Assembly: GCA_002269645.1 (NCBI GenBank)
Contig: NIVC01000292.1
Span: 1-64,000 of the forward strand
DNA length: 64,000 bases
Source: Macrostomum lignano
Lineage: Eukaryota
Reading direction: 5' to 3'
Made by a program: the position numbers and the translations under genes. The notes under the pieces are model-generated. The model made no database searches, was not told where the DNA came from, and was given only the letters and a program-made list of their open reading frames with translations. Numbering within the stretch: position 1 is the first letter of the stretch; each line of letters begins with the position of its first letter. Positions 24,601-36,419 of the stretch are shown one piece after another.

Positions 24601-26820
24601 CGCCGCGACCCCTGCGCCGACGCCTCGGCGGCTTGCCAGCACGGCGGCATATGCGCGGCCAGCGACGCCGGTGACCGACCGGTCTGCCGCTGCCCGGAGG
24701 GCCTCGCCGGGCCCCGCTGCCAGACCGTCCTGCAGCCCTGCGGCGGCGCCGGCGGCCGCACCTGCATGCACGGCGTGTGCGTCGCAGCGCCGGCGGGGGC
24801 CTCGGGCGCCGGCCAGTGCGTGTGCGATACCGGGTATCAGGTGAGCGACCATGGATCTAGTTGGGATCTGTCCGATCTATTTGGGATCTGTCTGATCTAG
24901 TTGGGATCTGTCCGATCTATTTGGGATCTGTCTGATCTATTTGGGATCTGCCTGATCTATTTGGGATCTTTCTGATCTATTTGGGATCTTCCGATCTATT
25001 TGGGATCTGTCCGATCTATTTGGGATCTATTTGGGATCTGCCTGATCTATTTGGGATCTGTCCGATCTATTTGGGATCTGTCTGATATATTTGGGATCTA
25101 TTTGGGATCTGTCTAATCTATTTGGGATCTGTCTGATCTATTTGGGATCTGTCCGATCTATTTGGGATCTTTCTGATATATTTAGGATCTATTTGGGATC
25201 TGTCCGATCTATTTGGGATCTGTCCGATCTATTTGGGATCTGTCCGATCTATTTGGGATCAGTCTGATCTATTTGGGATCTGTCTAATCTATTTGGGATC
25301 TGTCCGATCTATTTGGGATCTGTCCGATCTATTTGGGATCTGTCCGATCTATTTGGGATCTGTCCGATCTATTTGGGATCTGTCCGATCTATTTGGGATC
25401 TGTCCGATCTATTTGGGATCTGTCCGATCTATTTGGGATCAGTCTGATCTATTTGGGATCTGTCTAATCTATTTGGGATCTGTCCGATCTATTTGGGATC
25501 TGTCCGATCTATTTGGGATCGGTCCGATCTATTTGGGATCTGTCCGATCTATTTGGGATCTGTCCGATCTATTTGGGATCTGTCTGATCCATTTGGGATC
25601 TGTCTGATCTATTTGGGATCTGTCTGATCTATTTGGGATCTGTCTGATCTATTTTTCGTCACGATTCGCCCCATAATTCACCCAGGGCGACCTCTGCGAC
25701 CGCGACATCGACGAGTGCCGCCTGGTGTCGCCCTGCCAGCACGGTTCAACGTGCGTCAACACCCGCGGTGGCTTCGAGTGCCGCTGCCAGCCGGGCTTCT
25801 CCGGCCGGCTCTGCCAGCTGCCGCCGATGCTGCTGCCGCCGCCGCAGCCGAAGCCGGTGGCCGCGTCAGCCCTCGACACCGCGGTGAGTCATCATCAGTA
25901 ACTCAATTAGGTCATAAGCGATACATACGTTGAAAGGTAAACGGCGAGAGTAACTTGCCTGTATTTGGAAAGGTCATATGCCTCGCCATCTAAGCACCAA
26001 AGATGCTTTCTAGCTTTTTTCAATATTTCCAGTTTATTTTTCGTTTATAATTTTGTTTAAATTTGCGAAGCAACAGAAGCATTGGAAAGAGCGTTTGCCG
26101 CTTCAGCCGCTTTTCTTAACCGGTTGATTAATCAAGATGAACGCAGAAAGTTGAAAGTGAGGGCTTAATTTAGATTTTTTGGCCCCCACTAGGAGGTCAA
26201 CGGGCAGCTGTTTATGCGCGCATAAAATGGAGTTTGCACTGCCGCCAACTCTGCATCGACTCGCGCTTTTGCCTGTTAATTAGGTCTCATTACACTACTT
26301 ATCTAAATAAGTAGCATTGTAAGCGCATTGCTGTCTTTATTTGGTCTTACTGGTCATAAAATGAACTCAATAATGGGTTCGATTGATTCCGCAGTCCGCC
26401 GGCTCCGCCACGATGCTGACGGCCGTCCTGCTATCCGTGATTGCCGTGCTGGCGCTGGCCCTGCTCTTCGTGCTGCTGCTGCTGCTGCGGAGGCGCCGGC
26501 GCGCTGATGACAGCCCCCGGTTTGCCGCGGTTTTCACGCGTCGGCCAGCTGGCAAAGTTCGCGACGGCGGCAGCGAAAGCCAGAGCTGCTACGACTCCAT
26601 CGAGGACCTGCCGCTGCAGCAGGCCGGCGAGAATCCCTACGAACCGGACTATGGGGATAATTTTCCCAATGCCGCCTACGCCGTTGAAACGGCCCCGCCG
26701 CTGCCGCAGGCGAGACAGTCGCCGCCGCCGCCACCGCCGCCCCGCCTGTCCGCCACCCAGCCGACGTCCTGTTGCGGAGACTCACCAGCAGAGGACTCGC
26801 AGTCCAACTGCTACGTCTGA
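21655..26820 (+). CDS. Delta-like (DSL-family) Notch ligand, about 528 aa, exons 21655-21747, 23509-23793, 24256-24840, 25686-25883, 26395-26820
   Basis: All junctions are phase 0 GT-AG. Domain order: signal peptide, MNNL/C2-like region (NPLRFWF), degenerate DSL (CRPGRAGPACRVAC..CDLATGQRVCLPG), three EGF repeats including a calcium-binding one (DIDEC..CVNTRGGFEC), a TM helix followed by RRRRR, and a C-terminal NCYV PDZ-type motif. Confidence 0.88.
23794..24225. repeat. Composite ~40-bp minisatellite filling Delta-like intron 2
   Basis: GGATATTGAGGTGTTAAGCTGATGCAGCTGCAGGGATGCT and longer variants. Confidence 0.88.
24853..25651. repeat. 20-bp minisatellite filling Delta-like intron 3
   Basis: CTATTTGGGATCTGTCCGAT tandem. 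Confidence 0.95.
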
Positions 26821-26959
26821 AACCTAAACACGATTTCTGCTTGCCTAAAAGAAGGCGAGGTATCACCATAGCAACCGTGAAAATCTCAATGACATCCATG
26901 AAATTTTCACTGTAAAACCCCAATTCAGTTCTGAAAAAAAATCGCCATAGCAACAAGAA

Positions 26960-27362
26960 AGCTACCCATGGAAAGCATAAAGCTATCCATAGCAACCATA
27001 GAGCTACCCATAGCAACAAGAAAGCTACCCATAGCAACAAGAAAGCTACCCATAGCAACAAGAAAGTACCCATGGAACCATAAAGCTACCCATAGCAACC
27101 ATAAAGCTACCCATAGCAACAAGAAAGCTACCCATAGCAACAAGAAAGCTACCCATGGAACCATAAAGCTACCCATAGCAACAAGAAAGCTACCCATAGC
27201 AACAAGAAAGCTACCCATAGCAACAAGAAAGCTACCCATGGAACCATAAAGCTACCCATAGCAACAAGAAAGCTACCCATAGCAACAAGAAAGCTACCCA
27301 TAGCAACAAGAAAGCTACCCATAGCAACAAGAAAGTACCCATGGAACCATAAAGCTACCTAT
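26960..27362. repeat. 21-bp minisatellite (AAGCTACCCATAGCAACAAGA)
   Basis: Direct inspection. Confidence 0.92.
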
Positions 27363-28544
27363 AGCAAGGATATAAATTCGACTGACTCAACATAAGCAGC
27401 TACGGATTGCTCGGTTGATTTTTTTTAATTTATTGATATAGAATCCTCGCAATTGATTTGTTTGTTTTCTTCTACCTCCCAGGTGTAAAAAGTTTCCATT
27501 GGCCGAAACCATCGAATTTCGCAGTACTTTATGAACCTTCTAAACTGGCAGATATTTTATTTACATTCTGATTTGCTTGAAACCGCTGAATGAATGAACT
27601 GCTTGCTTACCTCGAAGCACATTTTTATTGCTTGAATGCGTGTTGTGCTGATATTTTTGCACACTAAATCCGAATATTAATCATTGCATGTTGAAATACA
27701 TATTGAGCCACTACTAATATTAGTGCTAAAAAAGCACTGGTTTTACACTCAGATTTTTCACCACGAAGTTGGCTTAATGCAAGTCTTTGACTATGGCTTT
27801 TGTTCTTATCTGCGCTCGTATGCATACTTGCACGAGTATACAACTTGCTGGAAGTTGAGATGAGGTGTCCTCAGCTGGAGATGAGGTGTCCTCAGCTGGA
27901 GATAAGGTGACCTTGGCTTGAGATGAGGTGTCCTTAGCTGGAGATGAGGTGGCCTCGGCTGGAGATGAGGTGTCCTCGGCTGGAGATGAGGTGTCCTCAG
28001 CTGGAGATGAGGTGTCCTCAGCTGGAGATGAGGTGTCCTCAGCTGGAGATGAGGTGTCCTCAGCTGGAGATGAGGTGTCCTCAGCTGGAGATGAGGTGTC
28101 CTTAGCTGGAGATGGTGTCCTCGGCTGAAGATAAGGTGTCCTCAGCTGGAGATGAGGTGTCCTTAGCTGGAGATGAGGTGTCCTCAGCTGGAGATGAGGT
28201 GTCCTCAGCTGGAGATGGTGTCCTCAGCTGGAGATGGTGTCCTCAGCTGGAGATGAGGTGTCCTTAGCTGGAGATGGTGTCCTCAGCTGGAAATGAGGTG
28301 TCCTCAGCTGGAGATGAGGTGTCTATTGTATTTCCAACGAATGCAAATGTAAATGCTTATTTTATATCTATGGCTCAGTCATGCTTCAATATACAGATAA
28401 GTGAGTCGCAGCCCCAGAGGCTGATCATTTTTCTTTTCTAGCACAAGAGCTAGTACACCAGTAATACAACATTGGTGACAGCGGTAAAAGCGCACTTGGC
28501 GCGAAAGTGCATCTCCGCTGCAGGACAGAGGCGGCACACCAAAT

Positions 28545-29969
28545 ATGAGCCTACTACCTCAGCCATCTCCGTTCGACCCGGAAAAGGATCCATCGAACGT
28601 GGCGAAAAGATGGGAGGACTACCTACAGGAAATCACGCTGTGGTTGGACGCCTGCGGAATAACAGACGACAAAAGAAAGCGATCTGCATTTCTGCTCTGT
28701 GCCGGTGTGAAAGTTCGAAAAATACTAGAAAACCTGGACAACACAGGATCTGACTTCAAAACGGCTCAGACCCGACTGGACGAGTACTTCAAGGACGGAA
28801 CAAACGTGGTATACGAAACCTTCAACCTGCTGCAAATCAGGCAAAAGGAAGGTGAGGCCATTGACTCTTTCCATGGCCGACTGCGGGAAGCAGCGAAATA
28901 CTGCGACCTCGAGGTATCAACCACTGATGCAACAACCAAACTGTCCTATGAAGACCGAATAATTCGCGATCTGGTAGTCCTAAACTGCAACTCAAACAGC
29001 CTCAGACGGAAGCTCATCCAAAAAGGGTCAACTCTGACTCTGAAGAGAGCTATCGAAATAGGAAGATGCTTCGAATCGACGAACAGCCAGAGCGGAGTCA
29101 TTGAGAAGCACGTCTCCGACCCGAGCACCGTCAATTCAGTTGGACAGTCCAAAGGACCAAGAAGATTCCCTAAATCGAAGAAAACTGGAACTGACAGCAA
29201 GCAGTTTCCCAGAAGAAAGTCCAGTGCTCGCGATGTCTGTAGCCGCTGTGGAAGAAGCTCACATACAGCAGAAAACTGCTATGCGCGCAACGATACTTGC
29301 AAGAAGTGCAATAAGGTGGGACATCATGCCAAGATGTGCAGAACCAAACTACCAACCAAAAGTAAACTTCAAGTTTACGAAACGAAAGAATCGGGCGTGA
29401 CTGAATCGTCAGACTTAGAGGAGATTCATACGATAGCAAGCGTCAGCGCGAAGAACGGTGCAACAAAGCAAGCTGTCATCAACGGCAGAAAATGCGATGT
29501 ACTAATTGACTCGGGCTCCAATCTAAATCTAATATCCTACAACACAGTTGCTAAAATGGTGAGTCCGGATCAGATTAACTCGAGATCACATATCAAGATT
29601 TGGTCGTACGGGGCCAGGACCCCCATCGAAACCCAAGGCACAGTACATCTGGAAGTTACTCTCAACGAAAGTACACAGCAAATGAAGTTTCACATAACTC
29701 CAGTAAAGGATGCACGCACTATTATCGGATTTGAGGACGCCTTCAAGCACGGTTTCCTGACATGGGGCTCGGATAAAAGCTGCCTTCATATCGAGAACAT
29801 TCAGCAGCCAACGCAAGTGATTCTGGAAGAGTTCAAGGATGTCTTCCGTGGAATAGGAAAACTCAAAGACAGCAAAGTTAAGATTCGCCTGAAGGAGAAC
29901 GCCAATCCTATTGTTCATCCACCATCGCGTATACCAGCACACCTTCACCAGAAACTGCCGAAGAACTAG
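28545..29969 (+). CDS. Gypsy Gag-protease ORF
   Basis: Two CCHC knuckles (CSRCGRSSHTAENC, CKKCNKVGHHAKMC) and an aspartic protease motif LIDSGS. Confidence 0.9.
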   Translation: MSLLPQPSPFDPEKDPSNVAKRWEDYLQEITLWLDACGITDDKRKRSAFLLCAGVKVRKILENLDNTGSDFKTAQTRLDEYFKDGTNVVYETFNLLQIRQKEGEAIDSFHGRLREAAKYCDLEVSTTDATTKLSYEDRIIRDLVVLNCNSNSLRRKLIQKGSTLTLKRAIEIGRCFESTNSQSGVIEKHVSDPSTVNSVGQSKGPRRFPKSKKTGTDSKQFPRRKSSARDVCSRCGRSSHTAENCYARNDTCKKCNKVGHHAKMCRTKLPTKSKLQVYETKESGVTESSDLEEIHTIASVSAKNGATKQAVINGRKCDVLIDSGSNLNLISYNTVAKMVSPDQINSRSHIKIWSYGARTPIETQGTVHLEVTLNESTQQMKFHITPVKDARTIIGFEDAFKHGFLTWGSDKSCLHIENIQQPTQVILEEFKDVFRGIGKLKDSKVKIRLKENANPIVHPPSRIPAHLHQKLPKN

Positions 29970-30400
29970 AAGGGCAGTTAAGAGAGGACATAATCGAGCC
30001 AGTCAAGGGAACTACTGAATGGGTGTCAAGAATAGTGGCTGTTCCGAAGGCCAACGGTAAATTGAGAGCCACGGTTGATCTCAGAGACCTAAACAAAGCT
30101 ACTAGGAAGGAGCACTATCCACTGCCCAGCATCGACGAACAACTGATTAACGTTGGCGATGCTAAGTACTTCTCCTACTTGGATGGCAATAAAATGTTTC
30201 ATCAGCTAGAACTGCACGAAGACTCCAGGATGCTCACGACATTTTCAACAGGCCTGAAAGACTGGCCACTTATGAGATATAAGAGACTACCAATGGACTG
30301 GGTGAACTCATCGTTTGCACTCCAATCGGAAATGCATCAAGTTCTTGCTGGCATTTTAGGAGTTCTGAATATCCAGGATATCCAGAATATCCAGGATATG
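29955..30400 (+). pseudogene. Truncated Gypsy reverse transcriptase
   Basis: IIEPV..TEWVSRIVAVPKANGKLRATVDLRDLNK..YPLP..YFSYLD lies in a shifted frame. It breaks off near the expected YxDD motif; RNase H and integrase are absent. Confidence 0.88.
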
Positions 30401-31229
30401 ATATCCAGTTCTGAATACCCAGAGGCTGATCATTTTTCTTTTCTAGCACAAGAGCTAGTACACCAATAATACAACAGTGTCCTTAGCTGGAGATGGTGTC
30501 CTCGGCTAATGATGAGGTGTCCTTAGCTGGAGATGAGGTGAGGTGTCCTCAGTTGAAGAAGAGGTGTCCTCAGCTGGAGATGAGGTGTCCTTAGCTTGAG
30601 ATGGTGTCCTCCGCTGGAGAAGAGGTGTCCTTAGCTAGAGATGAGGTGTCCTTAGCTAGAGATGGGGTGTCCTCAGCTGAGATGGTGTTTTCCACTCAGC
30701 TGAGGTGTGACCAGGGATGACCTGTTTGCAAAAAAATAAAGTCACCAAAACAAGTCTGCCAGACTAACCTTTGAAAAGTTCAGATGTTTCTCAAACGGAG
30801 CAGTGGAACTCAACCAGGTGATCGACTTCAAGCTTTATTTGCATTGGGATGGTTGAACAAATAAATCTGAGATGCGACTAAAAATAATTCAACAGGAACA
30901 AAGTCAGGCGGGCCAGAGGAGGCGGTTTGGGATTCAAAAAATGCAGTTCCTCACTCAAGAGCCATCAAGCCCGCCAAACAGGTCGGTGAAAAACAAAGCC
31001 ACAGTTCTCGGGATAAAAATAGTTTAAGAACTAATTTTCCACAAGACATTCAGTTAGAGCGTATTTTGTACTAAAAACAACAAACTCCTTTGTTGAACAG
31101 ATACGGCATTACCATCAGATTGAAATGCTGCGAGTGGATGCGAATAATCCCAGAAGTTGGGATTCCCAGATGGAAAATACCGGAAGTTGGGATTATGGAT
31201 TAGGAATTCCAGGTATCTCAAAATCTGGG

Positions 31230-32219
31230 AATCTAGATGGGAATTTTCCCGGCATTGGGATCCTAGATGGGGATTTCCCAGCATTGGGATTCTAGATGGG
31301 AATTTCCCGGCATTGGGATTCTAGATGGGGATTTCCCGGCATTGGGATTCTAGATGGGGATTTCCCGGCATTGGGATTCTAGATGGGGATTTCCCGGCAT
31401 TGGGATTCTAGATGGGGATTTCCCGGCATTGGGATTCTAGATGGGGATTTCCCAGAATTGGGATTTTAGATGAGTATCTCACGGCATTGGGATTCTAGAT
31501 GGGGATTTCTCAGCATTTGGATTCTAGATGGGGATTTCCCGGCATTGGGATTCTAGATGGGGATTTCCCGGCATTGGGATTCTAGATGGGGATTTCCCGG
31601 CATTGGGATTCTAGATGGGGATTTCCCAGCTTTGGGATTCTAGATGGGGATTTCCCAGCATTGGGATTCTAGATGGGGATTTCCCAGCATTGGGATTCTA
31701 GATGGGGATTTCCCAGCATTGGGATTCTAGATGAGGATCTCATGGCATTGGGATTCTAGATGGGGATTTCCGGCATTGGGATTCTAGATGGGGATTTCCG
31801 GCATTGGGATTCTAGATGGGGATTTCCCAGCATTGGGATTCTAGATGGGATTTCCCAGCATTGGGATTCTAGATGGGGATTTCCCGGCATTGGGATTCTA
31901 GATGGGGATTTCCCAGCATTGGGATTCTAGATGGAGATTTCCCGGCATTGGGATCCTAGATGGGGATTTCCCAGCATTGGGATTCTAGATGGGGATTTCC
32001 CGGCATTGGGATCCTAGATGGGGATTTCCCAGCATTGGGATTCTAGATGGGGATTTCCCGGCATTGGGATTCTAGATGGGGATTTCCTGGCATTGGGATT
32101 CTAGGTGGGGATTTCACAAAATTAGGATTATAAATGGGGATTTCCCGGCATTGGGATTCTAGGTGGGGATTTCACAAAATTAGGATTATAAATGGGGATT
32201 TCCCGGCATTGGGATTCTA
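31230..32219. repeat. 29-bp minisatellite (GGCATTGGGATTCTAGATGGGGATTTCCC)
   Basis: Direct inspection. Confidence 0.95.
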
Positions 32220-32295
32220 CCAGCGCAATTCCACCATGCACCTGAAAACCCCAATCCAGCAGACACAAGCAGCAAAGCGACTGAAAATGGCAGTC

Positions 32296-35200
32296 CTAGA
32301 AATTGTACCGCTTCCCCGCCCGCCGATGCTGCGGCTGCTCTTGGCGGGGGCCCCGGCTGCGCCAGACCGCCTGCTTGAAGTTGGGCACGCCGGCCGGGCC
32401 TCGGTTCGGCTTTCGGGTCACCCAGCCGTCATCCTCAGCTTCCTCGCTGGTCTCCCGATAGTTGACAAGGAAGTCGGGCACCTGCTGCTTGCACGCCTGC
32501 AGGACTTGGAGCAGGCCTTTGCGAATGTCGCCAATGCGGAGGTCGCCGCTGTCCAAGAAGGTGACGGCCCGGCCCGGGCGGCCCAGGCGGCCGGTGCGAC
32601 CGACCCGGTGGATGTACTGGTCCATGTACATCGGGGCGTCGAAGTTCACCACCAGGCCGACGCCGGGCAGGTCGAGGCCTCTGGCGGCCACGTCTGTGGC
32701 GATGAGCACGGAGCTGCGGCCGGACTTAAAGCTCTGCAGAGACAGCTGGCGGGACTGCGGGACGGAGACGAGCAAAACTTCTGGGTTTCCATTCTCATGC
32801 AAACAAACCAAGAGTTTGTCTATTTTTAGAAACCTAGAATTTGGGAATTAGTAGGTGAATAGTAGGAATAGGAGTAATGGGATTCTCTGTAGCGGGATTC
32901 TCTGTAGCGAGATTTCCTGTAGTGGGATTCCCTGTAGTGGGATTCCCTGTAGTGGGATTCCCTGTAGCGGGATTCCTGCAGCGGGATTCCCTGTAGTGGG
33001 ATTCCCTGTAGTGGGATTCCCTGTAGCGGGATTCCTGCAGCGGGATTCCCTGTAGTGGGATTACCTGTAGTGGGATTCTCTGTAGTGGGATTCCCTGTAG
33101 TGGGATTCCCTGTAGTGGGATTCCCTGTAGCGGGACTCCTGCAGCGGGATTCCCTGTAGTGGGATTCCCTGTAGTGGGATTCCCTGTAGTGGGATTCCCT
33201 GTAGTGGGATTCCCTGTAGTGGGATTCCCTGTAGTGGGATTCCCTGTAGCGGGACTCCTGCAGCGGGATTCCCTGTAGTGGGATTCCCTGTAGTGGGATT
33301 CCCTGTAGTGGGATTCCCTGTAGTGGGATTCCCTGTAGTGGGATTCCCTGTAGTGGGATTCCCTGTAGTGGGATTCCCTGTAGTGGGATTCCCTGTAGTG
33401 GGATTCCCTGAAGTGGGATTCCCTGTAGTGGGATTCCCTGTAGCGAGATTCCCTGTAGCGGGATTCTCTGTGCCCGATTCATCGCAAAACAAAGATCAAA
33501 CGCTGCCTAGCTGAGCTCCGCAGCATCGCAGACGCCATCCTCCCCATCTCGGACTCACGTGCTGCTTCATATCGCCGTGGATGGTCGCAGCGGAGAAGCC
33601 ACTAGCCAGCAGGCGGCGGTGCAGCCGGTCGGCCCCGGCTTTGGTCCGCACAAACAGCAGGCACCGCTCGCCTTCACCGAGTTCGGCCAGAAGGCGCTGC
33701 AAAGCCTCCAAGCGCTGAGCTTCGCCCCGGCTGATCAGGCGGAGCTCCTGGCTGATGCCGGCCGGCACGGGCCCGGACTCGGCCCGGCCAGCCCGGACAG
33801 AGACGCAGTCGTCCGGACGCATCAGATTTCGAACTATTCGGTTCACGTCCGATGGGAAGGTCGCCGAGTACAGCGAAGTCTGCCGGTCGGCCGAGGGCGG
33901 CATGCCAAACTCCCTGCTGCTGACGATTCTGCGGATGTCGCGCTCGAAGCCCATGTCCAGGCAGCGGTCGGCCTCGTCCAGCACCAGCTGGCGGCAGGCC
34001 GTCAGCGACAGGATGCCGCGCTGCATGAAGTCCAGCAGGCGGCCCGGCGTGGCCACGGCAATGTGCAGGCCTTCGGTCAGGATCTGCGTAGGGGATTGGT
34101 ATTATCACAACACTGGCATGATCACAGCATTGGCATGATCACAGCACTGGCATGATCACAGCATTGGCATGATCACAGCACTGGCATGATCACAGCACTG
34201 GCATGATCACAGCATTGGCATGATCACAGCACTGGCATGATCACAGCATTGGCATGATCACAGCACTGGCATGATCACAGCACTGGCATGATCACAGCAC
34301 TGGCATGATCACAGCATTGGCATGATCACAGCACTGGCATGATCACAGCATTGGCATGATCACAGCACTGGCATGATCACAGCACTGGCATGATCACAGC
34401 ACTGGCATGATCACAGCAATGGCATGATCACAGCATTGGCATGATCACAGCACTGGCATGATCACAGCATTGGCACACAACACATGGCCACACAGCATGA
34501 CACACACGACCACACAGCATGACACACACATGACCACACAGCATGACACACATGACCACACAGCATGACACACACGACCACACAGCATGACACACACATG
34601 ACCACACAGCATGACACACATGACCACACAGCATGACACACACGACCACACAGCATGACACACACATGACCACACAGCATGACACACACGACCACACAGC
34701 ATGACACACACATGACCACACAGCATGACACACATGACCACACAGCATGACACACACGACCACACAGCATGACACACACATGACCACACAGCATGACACA
34801 CATGACCACACAGCATGACACACACGACCACACAGCATGACACACACATGACCACACAGCATGACACACACGACCACACAGCATGACACACACGACCACA
34901 CAGCATGACACACATGACCACACAGCATGACACACACGACCACACAGCATGACACACACATGACCACACAGCATGACACACATGACCACACAGCATGACA
35001 CACACGACCACACAGCATGACACACACGACCACACAGCATGACACACATGACCACACAGCATGACACACATGACCACACAGCATGACACACACATGACCA
35101 CACATCATGACACACATGACGACACAGGATGACACACATGACCACACATCATGACACACATGACGACACAGGATGACACACATGACCACATAGCATGACA

Positions 35201-36097
35201 CACACATGACCACACAGGATGACACACATGACCACATAGCATGACACACATGACCACACAGCATGACACACACATGACCACACAGCACGACACACATGAC
35301 CACACAGCATGACACACATGACCACATAGCATGACCAGTCAAACAATAACCACCCCCCCACTGACCCTCTGCCGCATGGGCTCGGGACTGAGGCCGCCCA
35401 CCAGCAGGCCGCAGCTGATCCTGGTGAAGCAGGTGAGGCGAAGCAGGTCGGCGAGGATCTGCTGCGCCAGCTCCCTAGTCGGGCAGATGATGAGGCCGCT
35501 AGGATACTGGGTGAGCTCATCGGCCTCCCTAACCAGCTCCATAGCCTGGGCAGGATAGTTGGCAGCCAGCCGGCTGACCAGGGGCACCAGGTAGGCCAGG
35601 GTCTTGCCGCTGCCCGTCTCCGCCTGCACCGTGGCGTCCAGGCCGGCCAGGCCGACCGGCACCGCGCCGCGCTGCACAGGCGTCATCTCGTCCACCCCCA
35701 TGCGGCCGAGCGCCTCCAGCACGCGGGGCTCCAGCGAGTCGGCCAGCTGGCTAAACCGGACAGCCGAGCTGTTGGCAGGCGAGAAGGCGCCCGACTCAAC
35801 CGGGCGGCCCGAGTGGGTGAGCGGCACCTGTGCAAAGTGGACTCGGGCCGCCTCCGACATGCCGCCACCGCCGCCACCGCCGCCGTCCGACTCGATGTCG
35901 CTGTTGAGATTTTTGGTGTCGGACCAGAAACTGGCCGGCCGCTCCACTCGGGCACCCCAGCTCTCCGCTCTCACCAGGCCGCTGGTGGACCGGCGCAGGC
36001 CGCCTCCGCCGCCGCCTCTGCCTCTGTTGTTGTGAAGCGCTCTGGTCAGCAGCGACCAGATGAGCCGCTGATGAGGATGCAACTTGCTCAGGGGATG
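32296..36097 (-). CDS. DEAD-box RNA helicase, PL10/DDX3-Vasa-like and divergent; exons ~36097-35366, 34083-33559, 32754-32296; start codon unresolved
   Basis: Q motif (FSQL..MTPVQ), AETGSGKT, PTRELAQQI, TPGRLLDF, DEAD, SAT, LLFVRTK, IHGDMKQ, ATDVAARGLD, HRVGRTGR. Junctions are phase 0 GT-AG. The N-terminal region is RG/G-rich. Confidence 0.9.
32878..33470. repeat. 15-bp minisatellite (GGGATTCCCTGTAGT) in a helicase intron
   Basis: Direct inspection. Confidence 0.95.
34105..35335. repeat. Two abutting minisatellites (17-bp GCATGATCACAGCACTG, then ~21-23-bp CATGACCACACAGCATGACACA) in a helicase intron
   Basis: The unit switches at about 34472; both share a CACAGCA core. Confidence 0.93.
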
Positions 36098-36144
36098 CTG
36101 CGGGTGGCGGGCGGAATTTGTTGGTCAAATTCGTTACTATAATC

Positions 36145-36419
36145 TAATAATAATAAATAATAATTGATTGCACCTGCCCCAATTGCGCGGCGCATCTGAA
36201 AGCTGCGTATAGCTGCACAGTCCCAGGACTGGGGGTCGCCTCACACACCCTCAATTACCCCAGCTAATGCTGGCACCCATTTTACAGCTGGGTGAACTGA
36301 AGCCATGTAGAGTTGAGTGTCTTGCTCAAGCAAGAACACAAACTGTTTTACAGTTGGATCAGGGATCGAAACCCCAACCTTCAGGTTGTGAGTCCTAGTG
36401 CACAACCTACAATGCCCCT
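36145..36419 (-). mobile_element. tRNA-derived SINE with a CORE-like central segment and (ATT)n tail, copy 1
   Basis: The minus strand shows a tRNA-like head with B-box GGTTTCGATCC, then CTTGAGCAAGACACTCAAC..CTTCAGTTCACCCAGCTGTAAAATGGG, then an (ATT)n tail. It is homologous to 43391-43615. Confidence 0.78.

Larger units (their letters stand above)
28324..30476 (+). mobile_element. Ty3/Gypsy LTR retrotransposon (Mag-like), internally deleted
   Basis: 5' LTR 28324-28471 (TATTGTATT...AATACAACA), followed by a PBS-like TGGTGACAGCGG. The last 59 bp of the LTR recur at 30418-30476 with one mismatch. TSD GTGTC at 28319-28323 and 30477-30481. Confidence 0.92.
27855..30690. repeat. 21-bp minisatellite (GTGTCCTCAGCTGGAGATGAG) split by a Gypsy insertion: 27855-28323 and 30477-30690
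   Basis: The same unit appears on both sides of the retroelement. Confidence 0.92.
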
